Source: Pseudobdellovibrionaceae bacterium (GTDB taxonomy: Bacteria > Bdellovibrionota > Bdellovibrionia > Bdellovibrionales > UBA1609). From it: a DNA stretch of 64,000 nt. Each line of letters begins with the position of its first letter. Position 1 is the first letter of the stretch. This document shows, in pieces, positions 9,436-19,268 of this stretch. The translations under genes and the position numbers were made by a program. The notes beneath the pieces were generated by a model. It was not told where the DNA came from and did not search any database. It worked only from the letters and a program-made list of their open reading frames with translations. Where the stretch lies: the NCBI GenBank assembly GCA_020635055.1, contig JACKAN010000015.1, forward strand, positions 6,235-70,234, given 5' to 3'.

Positions 9436-11670
9436 TTGTTATCACCTATGAGCCAGGAAACGAAAGTATCTGATAAAAAAGTGTCTCCGAAACTGGAGAC
9501 CATTGAAGAGCTATTAGAGCTCATGTCTAAGTATTATACTAAAGAATCTTGCGAGAAAATTTTTGAAGTCTATAAGTTTTCAGAGAGTGCCCATGAAGGG
9601 CAAATACGTAGAAGTGGTGAACCTTATATCTCCCACCCTATTGGTGTAGCTTCTATTTTAGCAAAACTCAACTTGGACTATTCCACTGTAGCTACGGGGC
9701 TACTGCACGACACTGTTGAAGACACGGGTGTCACGCTGGAAGAGTTAGTTACGAGGTTTGGAAAAACCATTGCTGAATTGGTGGATGGTGTAACTAAAAT
9801 CAATCAAATTAAATTTCGCAACACTCATGAAAAACAAGGTGAGAACATTAGGAAAATGATCGTGGCTATGGGGCAAGATGTTCGCGTTGTTTTAGTTAAG
9901 CTGGCAGATCGCCTGCACAACATGCGAACTCTTAATCATATGCCCTATGAAAAACAAGTCATAAAAGCTCGTGAGACTCTAGACATTTATGCACCCTTGG
10001 CCGGACGATTAGGTATGATGTCTATGAAAGTGGAATTAGAAGACCTTAGCTTCCGCTACTCCATGCCAGATCAATATTATAGTTTAGTTCAAAAGATTAA
10101 TAAGAAAAAGAAAGAGCGAGAAAAATACATTGAAGATGTGATCGAGGCTTTAACAAATGAAGTAAAAAAACGAGTAAAGTTTAAGTTTAAAGTTTATGGC
10201 AGATCTAAACATCTATATTCTGTTTACAAAAAAATGACTCATCGAAATGTGGACTATGACCAGCTCTATGACTTACTGGCATTCCGTGTGGTAGTGAATA
10301 CCATTCCAGAGTGTTACGAGATTTTGGGCATTGTGCACTCAGTGTTTAAACCCATTCCTGGGCGTTTTAAAGATTTCATTGCGATGGCAAAGGCTAATAA
10401 CTACCAAAGTTTGCACACCACCGTAGTGGGCTTGAGTGGTGAGAGAATTGAAATTCAAATTCGCACAAAAGATATGCATGATATAGCAGAAAGAGGGATC
10501 GCCGCTCACTGGCAATATAAAGAGGGTGCAAGTGTAAAAAACGTTTCACAACAAGCAATAGATAAATTTAATTGGTTGCGGGATCTCGTGAGTATGCATC
10601 AGCAAACTCACGACTCTGATGAATTTTTGGAAAACATTAAAAAAGATCTGTATGACGAAGAAATATATGTATTCACTCCCAATGGGGATGTGAAAGCCTT
10701 TCCTGATGGGTCCACGCCTATAGATTTTGCTTTTTCTATTCATACGGATGTGGGTTCAAAAATTGTTGCTGCAAGAATTAATGGGAAGTTAGTGCCACTA
10801 AAACATGAGTTGCAAAACGGTGACACCGTCGAAATTATTACTTCTAAAAATCAAAAACCCTCAAAAGATTGGCTCAATTATTGTGTTACCACTAAAGCAA
10901 GATCAAAAATCCGTGCCTATGTTAAAATAGAACAGAGAAAACGGGCCATGGAGTTAGGGCGAGAAATACTGGAGAAAGCCTTTCGCAAAGAGGGGAGGTC
11001 GCCACAAAAATATTATGAAGGTATTGTCTTTGAAAAGTATCTTAAAGACAACGGGGCAAATTCACTTGAAGATCTTTTTATGGTTGTGGGTTATGGAAAG
11101 TTAGCACCTAGAAATGTCCTGGAAGCATTGGTCCCAGATCACTCTGAAGTTAAAGAACAGGCGGAAGAAAGTTTTCTACAAAAAGCCATGAAGTCGGCAT
11201 TATCTAAAAAGAAAAGTTCTGACACCTTAGTTATTGTAGATGGCATGGATGATGTACTTGTTCGTTTTGCTAAATGTTGCAATCCCATACCTGGGGATGC
11301 CATTGTAGGATTTATTGCTTTGGGCAGAGGGATAACTATTCATAAGGCAGATTGTGAAAAAACCTTTGAAATCGATGCCGCTCGCAAAGTGGATGTGGCA
11401 TGGACGCGTGGTAAAAGCCCAACGGCCTCACGCATGGTGCGCATGAGAGTTATAAGTCATGATATACCTGGATTGTTAAAACAAATGACAGAGGTGATGT
11501 CGGCATCAGGAACAAATATTCACAATGCTCAGATAAGAACCACACGAGATAAAAAAGCCATTTGTATTTTTGATATAAGTGTGAGAGATACCGAGCAATT
11601 GGAAATTGTAATGCTCAATTTAAATAAATTGAAGGGCGTATTGGGTGTTTCACGTATTACTCATTCTTAA
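9436..11670 (+). CDS. spoT: bifunctional (p)ppGpp synthetase/hydrolase (Rel/SpoT)
   Basis: HD hydrolase domain (HPIGVA..LLHDTVEDT), RelA/SpoT synthetase domain (YRSLHT-like NYQSLHTTV, IEIQIRT), TGS and C-terminal ACT-like domains. Confidence 0.95.
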   Translation: MLSPMSQETKVSDKKVSPKLETIEELLELMSKYYTKESCEKIFEVYKFSESAHEGQIRRSGEPYISHPIGVASILAKLNLDYSTVATGLLHDTVEDTGVTLEELVTRFGKTIAELVDGVTKINQIKFRNTHEKQGENIRKMIVAMGQDVRVVLVKLADRLHNMRTLNHMPYEKQVIKARETLDIYAPLAGRLGMMSMKVELEDLSFRYSMPDQYYSLVQKINKKKKEREKYIEDVIEALTNEVKKRVKFKFKVYGRSKHLYSVYKKMTHRNVDYDQLYDLLAFRVVVNTIPECYEILGIVHSVFKPIPGRFKDFIAMAKANNYQSLHTTVVGLSGERIEIQIRTKDMHDIAERGIAAHWQYKEGASVKNVSQQAIDKFNWLRDLVSMHQQTHDSDEFLENIKKDLYDEEIYVFTPNGDVKAFPDGSTPIDFAFSIHTDVGSKIVAARINGKLVPLKHELQNGDTVEIITSKNQKPSKDWLNYCVTTKARSKIRAYVKIEQRKRAMELGREILEKAFRKEGRSPQKYYEGIVFEKYLKDNGANSLEDLFMVVGYGKLAPRNVLEALVPDHSEVKEQAEESFLQKAMKSALSKKKSSDTLVIVDGMDDVLVRFAKCCNPIPGDAIVGFIALGRGITIHKADCEKTFEIDAARKVDVAWTRGKSPTASRMVRMRVISHDIPGLLKQMTEVMSASGTNIHNAQIRTTRDKKAICIFDISVRDTEQLEIVMLNLNKLKGVLGVSRITHS

Positions 11671-11743
11671 GATAATCCCAAATAATATTTAGTTACATTT
11701 CTATTTCTTCTATTGACTGCACATTCTGAATATAAGTAGGATA

Positions 11744-12172
11744 GTGGGTATGATGGATAGATTTTTATTTGCCAAAGGCCAATTTGTTAACTCGACAAGC
11801 TCTCATTTAGGCCTTTTATTTTTAAGGTTGTTTGCAGGTTTGACTTTAGCATTTGCTCACGGTGTGGATAAGGTTCCCCCCAATGAGCAGTTCGTTGGTT
11901 TTCTAGATGTTATGGGTTTTCCTATGGCTATTGCTTTTGCATGGCTGGCCGGCTTAGCTGAATTTTTAGGGGGATTGCTAGTGGCAATGGGTTTATTATC
12001 TCGTCCGGCATCATTATCTGTTATGGTTACTATGTTGGTGGCCGCTTTTATGGCTCATGCTAACGACCCATTTCAAAAGAAGGAAATGGCATTATTGTAC
12101 TTTTTTGTGTTTTTACTCATTTTCTTAATGGGCCCCGGAAAATTTAGCCTCGATAATAAAATAAGAAAATAA
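11744..12172 (+). CDS. DoxX-family membrane protein
   Basis: Four-TM small protein with a LGLLFLRLFAGLTLAFAHG..K DoxX-type N-terminus. Confidence 0.8.
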   Translation: MGMMDRFLFAKGQFVNSTSSHLGLLFLRLFAGLTLAFAHGVDKVPPNEQFVGFLDVMGFPMAIAFAWLAGLAEFLGGLLVAMGLLSRPASLSVMVTMLVAAFMAHANDPFQKKEMALLYFFVFLLIFLMGPGKFSLDNKIRK

Positions 12173-12173
12173 A

Positions 12174-12226
12174 GGTACCAAGTCCCTTTTTACGTTGCAG
12201 TGAAACGTAAAAAGGGACTTGGTACC
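12174..12226. terminator. bidirectional intrinsic terminator (perfect 23-bp stem)
   Basis: ggtaccaagtccctttttacgtt (12174-12196) pairs perfectly with aacgtaaaaagggacttggtacc (12204-12226) around a 7-nt loop. Flanked by AAA and TTTT, between convergent genes. Confidence 0.8.
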
Positions 12227-12228
12227 TT

Positions 12229-13122
12229 TTAGAAGTATATTCCTATTCCGAAGCGGAAAGCTATGTAGTGGGCTTTGACGGTTTCGGAAGAGGGGTAAAG
12301 TCCATATTCTACTTGTAGAGGTATGTACATATCGGGTTTAAAAAACCAATCTAAGCCACCGCCACCGGCAAAAACAGAAGTGCTCGTAATAGACTTTTCA
12401 TCAATAGCTGTTGAAGCTTTTGAAGAGGGAAAAAGTAAGTTAAACCCAAGGCCTACCCACGGACGGAAGTTTCCTTGAGAAAATAAATATCGGCCCCATA
12501 AATCTAAAGAAAGATACGAAATCTCTACATCACAAGCCGTATCATTGCTGGCACCACAAACATCTTCAGCTCCCTCTGTAGCAAAATTTTCCAGACCGAG
12601 TAAGCCGCGAAACCATACGCTTGTCCAAAGAGCATGGTCAAAAAGAAGGCGACCACTAAATCCACTGCCTGTCATATTGACCTCAGCGGTGGAATTACCT
12701 GTCTGATCAATGGTTGCCGTCATATTGTTGGTAGCAAAACCAGCCATCACGCCATAAAAAGTTCCTGGTGAGCTTTGCTTTAAATTTTCGTATCGATCAT
12801 TTTTTTCCTCTGGCTCTTCTGCCTTATCTTGGCTTTTAGCAACTTGCTGTGCTTTGCGAAGTTTGAGACTCCATCCTTTATTTGCTGTTCCTTTGAGTTG
12901 TCCGAGAGCTCGCTTGCCCTTGATTTTCATAACCTTTACAAGGCCCTTTTTCTTTCCTTGGGGATCCATAATTTCAAAAATAGATCCCTTGCTAGCTTCC
13001 GCAGGCGAATCAAGTAGAAGGTAGACTTTTTTACCACTGACCTTTGCTATTTTTGCGCCATGAACAGAATGTGAAATAAAAAAAATAGAAGTTAATAAAA
13101 GGAAGTATCTCGATGTTTTCAT
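12229..13122 (-). CDS. secreted protein: small beta N-domain, acidic/Lys linker, outer-membrane beta-barrel
   Basis: Signal peptide (..FFISHSVHGA), linker AEEPEEKNDRY, amphipathic strands, C-terminal ..FGIGIYF. Confidence 0.55.
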   Translation of the reverse strand: MKTSRYFLLLTSIFFISHSVHGAKIAKVSGKKVYLLLDSPAEASKGSIFEIMDPQGKKKGLVKVMKIKGKRALGQLKGTANKGWSLKLRKAQQVAKSQDKAEEPEEKNDRYENLKQSSPGTFYGVMAGFATNNMTATIDQTGNSTAEVNMTGSGFSGRLLFDHALWTSVWFRGLLGLENFATEGAEDVCGASNDTACDVEISYLSLDLWGRYLFSQGNFRPWVGLGFNLLFPSSKASTAIDEKSITSTSVFAGGGGLDWFFKPDMYIPLQVEYGLYPSSETVKAHYIAFRFGIGIYF

Positions 13123-13211
13123 TATGGGTGCTCTCCTCAGATGATACTAATTATAATGGTAATTTTGTTTTTAGACGAGAGAGTTCATTTATTGCTAACC
13201 CAAAGTCGGGT

Positions 13212-13562
13212 CTATAAATTTGAAATATAATATTCGACAATTTTACTTATGAGTGAATATTCTTCCTCGGACCAAAAAGAAGGTTTTGTTTTTTCAAAAG
13301 TACAGGAGAAAGTCGTATCAATATAATGAATTGTGTATTTAATATCCGTCTCTGAGTTTTCCCATTGAGATGGAGAATAGGATAACTTTTTATAACAATG
13401 TTTTTGGCTCAACTGAAGTTGGCTGGCTTTGGCTTTAGCACTGAATTCAAAGCCTTGTTCCCGTAAATATTTGCGGGCATCAGATTCATACATTGTACAA
13501 GAAATTAAAGTGAAAGCACTAAAGAGTAAAATTGTGGGGATGATTAAAAACTTCATCCCCAT
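13212..13562 (-). CDS. putative lipoprotein
   Basis: Lipobox-like signal (LFSAFTLISC) followed by a 95-aa soluble domain. Confidence 0.5.
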   Translation of the reverse strand: MGMKFLIIPTILLFSAFTLISCTMYESDARKYLREQGFEFSAKAKASQLQLSQKHCYKKLSYSPSQWENSETDIKYTIHYIDTTFSCTFEKTKPSFWSEEEYSLISKIVEYYISNL

Positions 13563-13568
13563 ATTTTA

Positions 13569-14003
13569 CTAGAAAGGAATCTCTTCGTCGGCATCAAAAG
13601 AGGGTTCTGGTCCAAAGTTCTGAGTAGGAAAGTCATTGGCTCCGCCACTCATGGCATCGGCACCCGCAGAAGCTCCACCACCGAGAAACTGTATATTAGT
13701 AGCAACGATTTCTGTGGAGTAACGCTTTTGACCTTGCTGGTCTTCCCAGCTACGGGTTTGTAAACGACCTTCAGCATAAACTTGACGGCCCTTAGAAAGA
13801 TAGCGACCACACAGTTCGGCTAGCTTTCCCCATACAACAATGCGGTGCCATTCGGTTCGCTCTTGCTTTTGACCATTTCGATCTGTCCAATTTTCACTGG
13901 TAGCAACACTTAAACGAGCCACAGTGTTGTCACCGCTTACAGTCTTAACTTCAGGATCTGTTCCTAAACGACCAATGATAATTACTTTATTAATGCCAGA
14001 CAT
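13569..14003 (-). CDS. ssb: single-stranded DNA-binding protein
   Basis: OB-fold N-terminus ([18 protein letters not shown]), Gly-rich linker and acidic tail ..DADEEIPF. Confidence 0.95.
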   Translation of the reverse strand: MSGINKVIIIGRLGTDPEVKTVSGDNTVARLSVATSENWTDRNGQKQERTEWHRIVVWGKLAELCGRYLSKGRQVYAEGRLQTRSWEDQQGQKRYSTEIVATNIQFLGGGASAGADAMSGGANDFPTQNFGPEPSFDADEEIPF

Positions 14004-14061
14004 ATTTACCCCTAATGTGGAAATGCAACAATATTAACAGAAACTATATTTAATAAATGAA

Positions 14062-15042
14062 TTAATCAAACTTGTTAAGCTTTGACGGACTGGGAATATC
14101 TTGAAAATTGCGTCCGGTAACGCGAAGCGTATATGTGTCTAGTCCATTTGCGCTGAGTTTAAAGTTGTCTAAAAAATTAATAAAAAGTCGTAAGTCTTTG
14201 TTTTCAGAGGACTTACTTATTATTTGTACTTTTAAATCAAAGGCTCCAGGGCGGGGCACTAAACCTGTTGGCGATTGTTCAATTTGTAATCCAATACGGC
14301 CTTTGAGTCTTACAAAAAGTGGGTCCTTTAAACTCCCTAATTCAAATTGCTCAATAATAAGGTCGCCGCCGACAAGTCTTCCTTTCACTGATAATTTTTC
14401 AAAATTCTTTTCATCAAAAGGGATTTCACCAAAGGGAGTGGGTAAGCTGGTCGAGGGCAAATTAAGGGCTTTTGTGGAAATTGACAATTCACCATCGGGT
14501 TGTTCATTAAATTGTGGGTCGATGTCAGCAGTTAAATTAAAATCAGCACGCCCCTTTAGCTCGAGGGGCAGTTTAACAAAGTTTTTAAGTTGGGAGAGTT
14601 CAATGTTTTCTCCTTCGAGATCGACATTTTGCATAAGCACTTTTTCACTGGTTTTATTTCCAGACTTAACTGCTAATTGTATATTGCCATCCATTAATCC
14701 TTCTATTTTAGAAACAAAGCCGGGTTTGAATTTTAATAAGCTTATTAATGAAGGGGATATAGAAAGGGCCTTAACTTCTATCGTTGGCAAGTTTTGTAAC
14801 TCAAGTTTTACATCCTTCATATCCAATCCTATGGCTGGAAAGAGAGAAAGATTTAAATCTTCAAAAGTTACAAACACTTGATTGTTAGTCGCTTGTGCAA
14901 TTTTTTCGGTAACTAGGTCACTCAAGTCTTCATAGGGGAAAAGTAAGAATAAGAAAAAAATGGTTGATAATATAATGAAGAGAATTTTCTTTTTGTGAAA
15001 CTTGAAGATATTAATTATGAATTGTGCTATTTTTTGCAACAT
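14062..15042 (-). CDS. gspN: type II secretion system protein GspN (by position and topology)
   Basis: Last gene of the gsp cluster. Single N-terminal TM helix plus a periplasmic domain. Size and position fit GspN, but there are no strong motifs. Confidence 0.6.
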   Translation of the reverse strand: MLQKIAQFIINIFKFHKKKILFIILSTIFFLFLLFPYEDLSDLVTEKIAQATNNQVFVTFEDLNLSLFPAIGLDMKDVKLELQNLPTIEVKALSISPSLISLLKFKPGFVSKIEGLMDGNIQLAVKSGNKTSEKVLMQNVDLEGENIELSQLKNFVKLPLELKGRADFNLTADIDPQFNEQPDGELSISTKALNLPSTSLPTPFGEIPFDEKNFEKLSVKGRLVGGDLIIEQFELGSLKDPLFVRLKGRIGLQIEQSPTGLVPRPGAFDLKVQIISKSSENKDLRLFINFLDNFKLSANGLDTYTLRVTGRNFQDIPSPSKLNKFD

Positions 15043-15720
15043 TTACTTTCTCTGAAACTTTCTTTTTGGTTTCTTATTAGAATTATCTTCGCCATCATTG
15101 GCCTCAGAATCTGGCAAATAGAATTTACTCAAACGGTACTCTGTATTAAAATACCCGGCCTTTTCTTTGTCGGCAGCTATATTAAGACCTGTCATTTTTA
15201 AGTCATTAAAATTTTTAACTAAATCACTGCCAATTTGTAAGATTTGATCGAGATTTAACTTCTTCAATTTTAAAATGAATACCTCTTCTTGAACCGGTGG
15301 GCGTGCTAGAGAACTTTTTGTTTCAGATGAAAGCTCTACGCCAACAATTTGATCGCCCATTAAATTAAAATTATTAAGTGAGCTGGAAAGACGGCTTTTT
15401 AAAAGTTCCAGATTTCCCTTCTGTGTGTACAAAGCTCTTGAGTTGTCAGCTTTTCCCACCCTTAGTAATTCACGAATAGTAGAGCGATAGGACGTATATT
15501 TTTCTTGATACACTTTGGCAGATTGAAAATAACCAAAGGGGATATAGATTACTATTAATATAAACAACAGTAAAAAAGAAGCAATTATAGCCTTTTGAGA
15601 GGTGGAAGGTAATGTTTCGAAGCGTTCTCGAATTGAATTAAAAGTGGGATCGTCTAAGATTCTATTTCTTAGTCTTTCCCACTGTTCTAATAATTGATCT
15701 TTTAAATCATCTAAATTCAA
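15043..15720 (-). CDS. gspM: type II secretion system protein GspM-like
   Basis: Bitopic protein (TM at AIIASFLLLFILIVIYIPFGY) abutting gspL and gspN with no gap. Confidence 0.55.
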   Translation of the reverse strand: MNLDDLKDQLLEQWERLRNRILDDPTFNSIRERFETLPSTSQKAIIASFLLLFILIVIYIPFGYFQSAKVYQEKYTSYRSTIRELLRVGKADNSRALYTQKGNLELLKSRLSSSLNNFNLMGDQIVGVELSSETKSSLARPPVQEEVFILKLKKLNLDQILQIGSDLVKNFNDLKMTGLNIAADKEKAGYFNTEYRLSKFYLPDSEANDGEDNSNKKPKRKFQRK

Positions 15721-15721
15721 A

Positions 15722-17365
15722 TCAATTTTCCTCTCTACGTTGAATCTTCATATCAAAGGCAAAAGCCACCCATCCCGGTTGTGCTTTGATGCTGGCTGGA
15801 GATTTTTTTACTTTTTTTCCAATAGCAATACTTTCTAAAGATTTTTCTAGTATGCTTAATGTATTTGGATCTTTGACTTCCCCTTCTAGCTTTAAGGCTT
15901 CATTTTCTAGTTGGAAATTTTTAATATTTAAATTGATTATTTTTTTTGAGGGTGTTTTTTGCGACACTAATGTGAGTATGTCTAGTGCTGAATTAATGAA
16001 TTGAAGGTTTTCAGTCATTTTAATATCTTTTTGTATTTTTTTTTGCTGATTAATATACTCATTTATTTTTTTAACGCTGACTTTGGTTCTTTTTATCTCT
16101 AAAATTTGTTCGCCATGATCGCGCAAGGCTTCTTCGGCCTTGTCAGACATACTTAAAGTAAAACTCTCGCGAACCATTCCGTAGACTAGAAAAAATATAA
16201 AAGTTGCAGCAGCAAGGCTTAAAGTGTGAGACCATTTATTTAAGTAAAGTTTAAAAGTCTGGCTTTCTTTTTTATACTCATCAACTCTTAAATTAATTGC
16301 AGGACTTTTTGGTTTTTTAAGGCCCTCAATGGCCAACCCAATGGCGGTTCCGGCAATAGGACCTTCAGCCGTTGAAATATTACCGGTCACTTCTTGCAAA
16401 GTGGACAGAACATCTATTTTTTTAAATGGAATTTCCGTCTTTTGTGTCAAATAGGCATTTAAGTTAACAAGCTGACTTAAACCACCGGTAATAGTGCCCT
16501 TAACAAAATTTAAGTTGTATAGACTTTTTAGTTCAAGAAGAGTGAGTTTTAACTGATTGGTTAGCTTGTCGATTTCACTTTTAAGCGCATCGGAACTTTT
16601 AATCTCATCTTGTGTAGCGACATCAGGATTGATGATTAATAAATCGCTCTTTTCAATTTCGCGAATGGCTTCAGTTATGTGTATGCTTTTTAAATTTGTT
16701 AGAGCTTTCGCTAAATCAATTCCACCCCAGTCAAAGTCACGGATTTCGACCACTAAACCTTTTCTGAGTACTACTAAATTGCTAACTTGATGACCGAGAT
16801 TAAGAAGGATCTCTGCGGGTTGCACAATATCAGAATTCTCTGAAATTTCATTACTGGGTGGAGCCTCCGACCAGGAAGTAAAGAGATTTGCCAGAGCTAA
16901 ATTATTTACACTTATAATATCAAGGGGGAAATTACAGTCTTCACTTAACTGGATTCTATTTTCAATAATTTTTTTGGGGCAAGCAAGAGCTAAAACTTCT
17001 GTCTGTGGTCCCAAGTAGGCAATGACTTTAGCACTAAAAATTATATCCTCTTGGGCTAGAGGGATCTCATCTTCCAATTCAAAGGGTATACTTTTTAGTA
17101 TTTTATGTCTTTCTTTAAATGGGAAAAGTAACTTGCGTACAGTCAGTTGACTGGTTGCAATTCCTAAAATGTATTTAGTATTAGAGGGATCATACTCTTG
17201 GGATAAATTTCTTAGTGCATCTAGGATTTCAATTTCTTTATCTTTATTAGGGTCTATACTTAATGGAATTTTAAGAAAGCGATTGAGTTTAAAACCCCTG
17301 TTAGTTGATTCGATTTCAACGACTTTGATACTATAGCTACCAATATCTATTCCTAAGCTGACCAT
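15722..17365 (-). CDS. gspL: type II secretion system protein GspL (actin-like/PilM-like N-domain)
   Basis: N-terminus SLGIDIGSYSIKVVEIE (actin-like ATPase fold as in GspL/PilM), a central TM (LSLAAATFIFFLVYGMV) and a periplasmic C-domain. Confidence 0.7.
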   Translation of the reverse strand: MVSLGIDIGSYSIKVVEIESTNRGFKLNRFLKIPLSIDPNKDKEIEILDALRNLSQEYDPSNTKYILGIATSQLTVRKLLFPFKERHKILKSIPFELEDEIPLAQEDIIFSAKVIAYLGPQTEVLALACPKKIIENRIQLSEDCNFPLDIISVNNLALANLFTSWSEAPPSNEISENSDIVQPAEILLNLGHQVSNLVVLRKGLVVEIRDFDWGGIDLAKALTNLKSIHITEAIREIEKSDLLIINPDVATQDEIKSSDALKSEIDKLTNQLKLTLLELKSLYNLNFVKGTITGGLSQLVNLNAYLTQKTEIPFKKIDVLSTLQEVTGNISTAEGPIAGTAIGLAIEGLKKPKSPAINLRVDEYKKESQTFKLYLNKWSHTLSLAAATFIFFLVYGMVRESFTLSMSDKAEEALRDHGEQILEIKRTKVSVKKINEYINQQKKIQKDIKMTENLQFINSALDILTLVSQKTPSKKIINLNIKNFQLENEALKLEGEVKDPNTLSILEKSLESIAIGKKVKKSPASIKAQPGWVAFAFDMKIQRREEN

Positions 17366-17417
17366 AGAGTAGAATTACCTCACACCTTTATAATTAGTGC
17401 AAGGTAAGACCCTCGCA

Positions 17418-17450
17418 GATCCCAGCGTGCGAATTTCCCGCACTGGGCTC
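17418..17450 (-). ncRNA. group II intron domain V (catalytic hairpin)
   Basis: Minus strand reads GAGCCCAGUGCGG-GAAA-UUCGCACGCUGGGAUC. It has the AGC triad, a GAAA tetraloop and a 2-nt bulge on the 3' strand, 22 nt after the RT stop codon. Confidence 0.7.
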
Positions 17451-17471
17451 CTCAAAATCAGATTCAGTTTA

Positions 17472-18854
17472 TCAGTAAACATAGTTACTCCCAAGTTGTT
17501 TGAGCTTTAACGATTCCCATGGTTCCACTAAAGGAAAGTTTCTGATTCTTTCTTTGAATCCATCCCAAGAGTAGGACCTCTTCTGACTTCTCCGGTTTAA
17601 CCATTTAAACAATGATTGAATGGCCTTCCGATAGAAGTAGTGAAGTTTGAGGTTGTTCATTGCATAGCCATAGTAATTGAAGTGTCCCACAATCTTTGAT
17701 TTCGCAAGTTTCCAGATGGTTGACAGTTTGGTTCTGTTTCTAATATTCTTGATCCAGACATCCCACTCACGAAAAGCACTTACCAGCTTTTCTTTCTGAG
17801 TTTTTACTTTCAACATCTTCTTCTTTTGCTGTTTACCCCAATAAAAGGTAAATCCTAGGAAGTTAAAGCTATTGTGCTTATCCTTTCCTAGAATCAGAGT
17901 GCGGGTTTTGTCTTCATTTAGCTTAAGCCCAAATTTTCCTACACGGAGTGCTAAATCCTGTAGAAATCTTATGGAATCATCTTCTTTTTTGAAAAAGAAG
18001 ACTGCATCATCAGCATATCTCACGATGACATTGTTGCAGGAGGCGTAGTTTTCTAGAAACCACTGATCCAGAACTTCGTTAAGATAGATATTTGCGAGTA
18101 TCGGACTCATTATGGATCCTTGTGGTGTGCCGATCTCACTGGGGATATTTTCACCATGTGAGATAAGGCCACCTTTCATGAATCGTCCAATAAGGCCTTT
18201 AAACTTATTGTCAGAGATTTTTCGACCCAAAATTTTCATCAATTTTCGATGAGATATTGTGTTGAAGAAATTTGAGAAGTCTATTTCTACCACATTTTTC
18301 CGCTGATTCTTGAATAAAGAATAGTAGCAGGCTTCAATTGCCTTATGCGCAGACCTTCCGGGTCTGTACCCGAAGGAATTACGTATAAATAGCGGCTCAT
18401 AGATTTGTGTTAGAATTTTTCCAACCACCCAATCTACCAGTTTGTCTTCAAAGCATGTGATGGCAATGGGCCTTGTTTTGCCATTGGCCTTAGGAATAAG
18501 AACTTCTCTTTTTGGTTTTGGCTTATAGGATCCGTTTTTAACTTTGACTTCTAAATTAAAAAGATTTTCCTCTAAGTTTTTACCATACTCAGACTTACTG
18601 ATACCATCCACACCCAAGGCCTTTGATCCATCTAAAGCTTTGAATGCCTCTTTGAAAGAGTCCACATGAAAATGTGTTAGGAGGTTTTCGAACACAAAAT
18701 GTTTACTTTGTGCTTTTAGACCTATTCTTGCCCAACGACTTTGCGACAGGTCTGTGAGACCTGTCGCGATCTGCTTCGAATGCACCCCTCTGTAGAGGCT
18801 CGAAGTGCTTGTTGCAAGATCCTGATCTTGTCGACCCCTTTGCTCCTTTGGCAT
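17472..18854 (-). CDS. ltrA: group II intron reverse transcriptase/maturase
   Basis: RT blocks 0-7 (GVDGISK, RPIAITCFEDKLV, FGYRPGRSAH, IDFSNFFNTISH, GTPQGSIMSPILANIYL, VRYADDAVFFF, LKLNEDKT) plus a maturase X domain. No HNH endonuclease domain. Confidence 0.92.
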   Translation of the reverse strand: MPKEQRGRQDQDLATSTSSLYRGVHSKQIATGLTDLSQSRWARIGLKAQSKHFVFENLLTHFHVDSFKEAFKALDGSKALGVDGISKSEYGKNLEENLFNLEVKVKNGSYKPKPKREVLIPKANGKTRPIAITCFEDKLVDWVVGKILTQIYEPLFIRNSFGYRPGRSAHKAIEACYYSLFKNQRKNVVEIDFSNFFNTISHRKLMKILGRKISDNKFKGLIGRFMKGGLISHGENIPSEIGTPQGSIMSPILANIYLNEVLDQWFLENYASCNNVIVRYADDAVFFFKKEDDSIRFLQDLALRVGKFGLKLNEDKTRTLILGKDKHNSFNFLGFTFYWGKQQKKKMLKVKTQKEKLVSAFREWDVWIKNIRNRTKLSTIWKLAKSKIVGHFNYYGYAMNNLKLHYFYRKAIQSLFKWLNRRSQKRSYSWDGFKERIRNFPLVEPWESLKLKQLGSNYVY

Positions 18855-19268
18855 TACCCAACCTCAACGCTAATATGAGTCGATCTGACTTCTGTAAGAA
18901 GCTTCACACTTGTCTTAAGGTTGTCCCTCTTGAGTTCGTATTTTAACATCCGTTTCCATCTCCTTACAGATCTCCCAAGTTCCGACGTTTACTGTATCTA
19001 CATGCCATGCTCTTGGACCCCGGAAAGGCCAGAGTCAATTTTGACTCTGATATTGCCTTCGCTTCTTCATACCCACTCGGCCCTTTCACATCACCATTAT
19101 CTCTCGGGGCTCTATCACTTAAAGGTGATATTCCACCTAATGGCCTGCAGACTCTCTGTCTACACTTCACGAGCTTCGTTGCCTAACTCGCGCAAGACTC
19201 GATACAAGGCCTCTGTCCCCAGAGCTACCTTGGAAGGACTTGACGACTATTGTTAACCGTCGCACCTT

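Larger units (their letters stand above)
17393..19265 (-). mobile_element. bacterial group II intron (about 1.87 kb, En-less, class C-like), same strand as the gsp operon
   Basis: 5' end reads GTGCGAC on the minus strand (19265 downwards). RT/maturase ORF lies in domain IV. Domain V-like hairpin at 17418-17450, short domain VI-like hairpin, and an end near ..CACUAAU (about 17393). The 3' boundary is approximate (+/-5 nt). Confidence 0.85.

Noticed and set aside
14108-14881. A 257-aa ORF on the plus strand lying entirely antisense to gspN. This is unusually long for AT-rich DNA.
   Set aside because: Its product is low-complexity (Ser/Lys/Phe-rich) with no start context or motifs. In this antisense register, stops arise only from sense NNT/NNC-TAN or NNT-CAN codon pairs, and gspN has almost no Tyr there. 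It is best explained as a shadow ORF.
17472-18854. Whether the reverse transcriptase could be a retron, DGR or defence-associated RT, given the repeat-rich fibre gene 13 kb away.
   Set aside because: The RT has a maturase X domain. It is followed by a textbook domain V hairpin and preceded by GUGCG, so it is a group II intron. Differences between the fibre-gene repeat modules are mostly synonymous transitions and transversions at all bases, not adenine-specific, so there is no TR/VR signature.
18921-19256. ORFs 18921-19256 (+) and 18964-19170 (-) upstream of the RT gene.
   Set aside because: They lie in the region expected to encode intron RNA domains I-III, which is GC-richer and structured. 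They have no coding signal, so they are interpreted as ribozyme sequence rather than protein genes.
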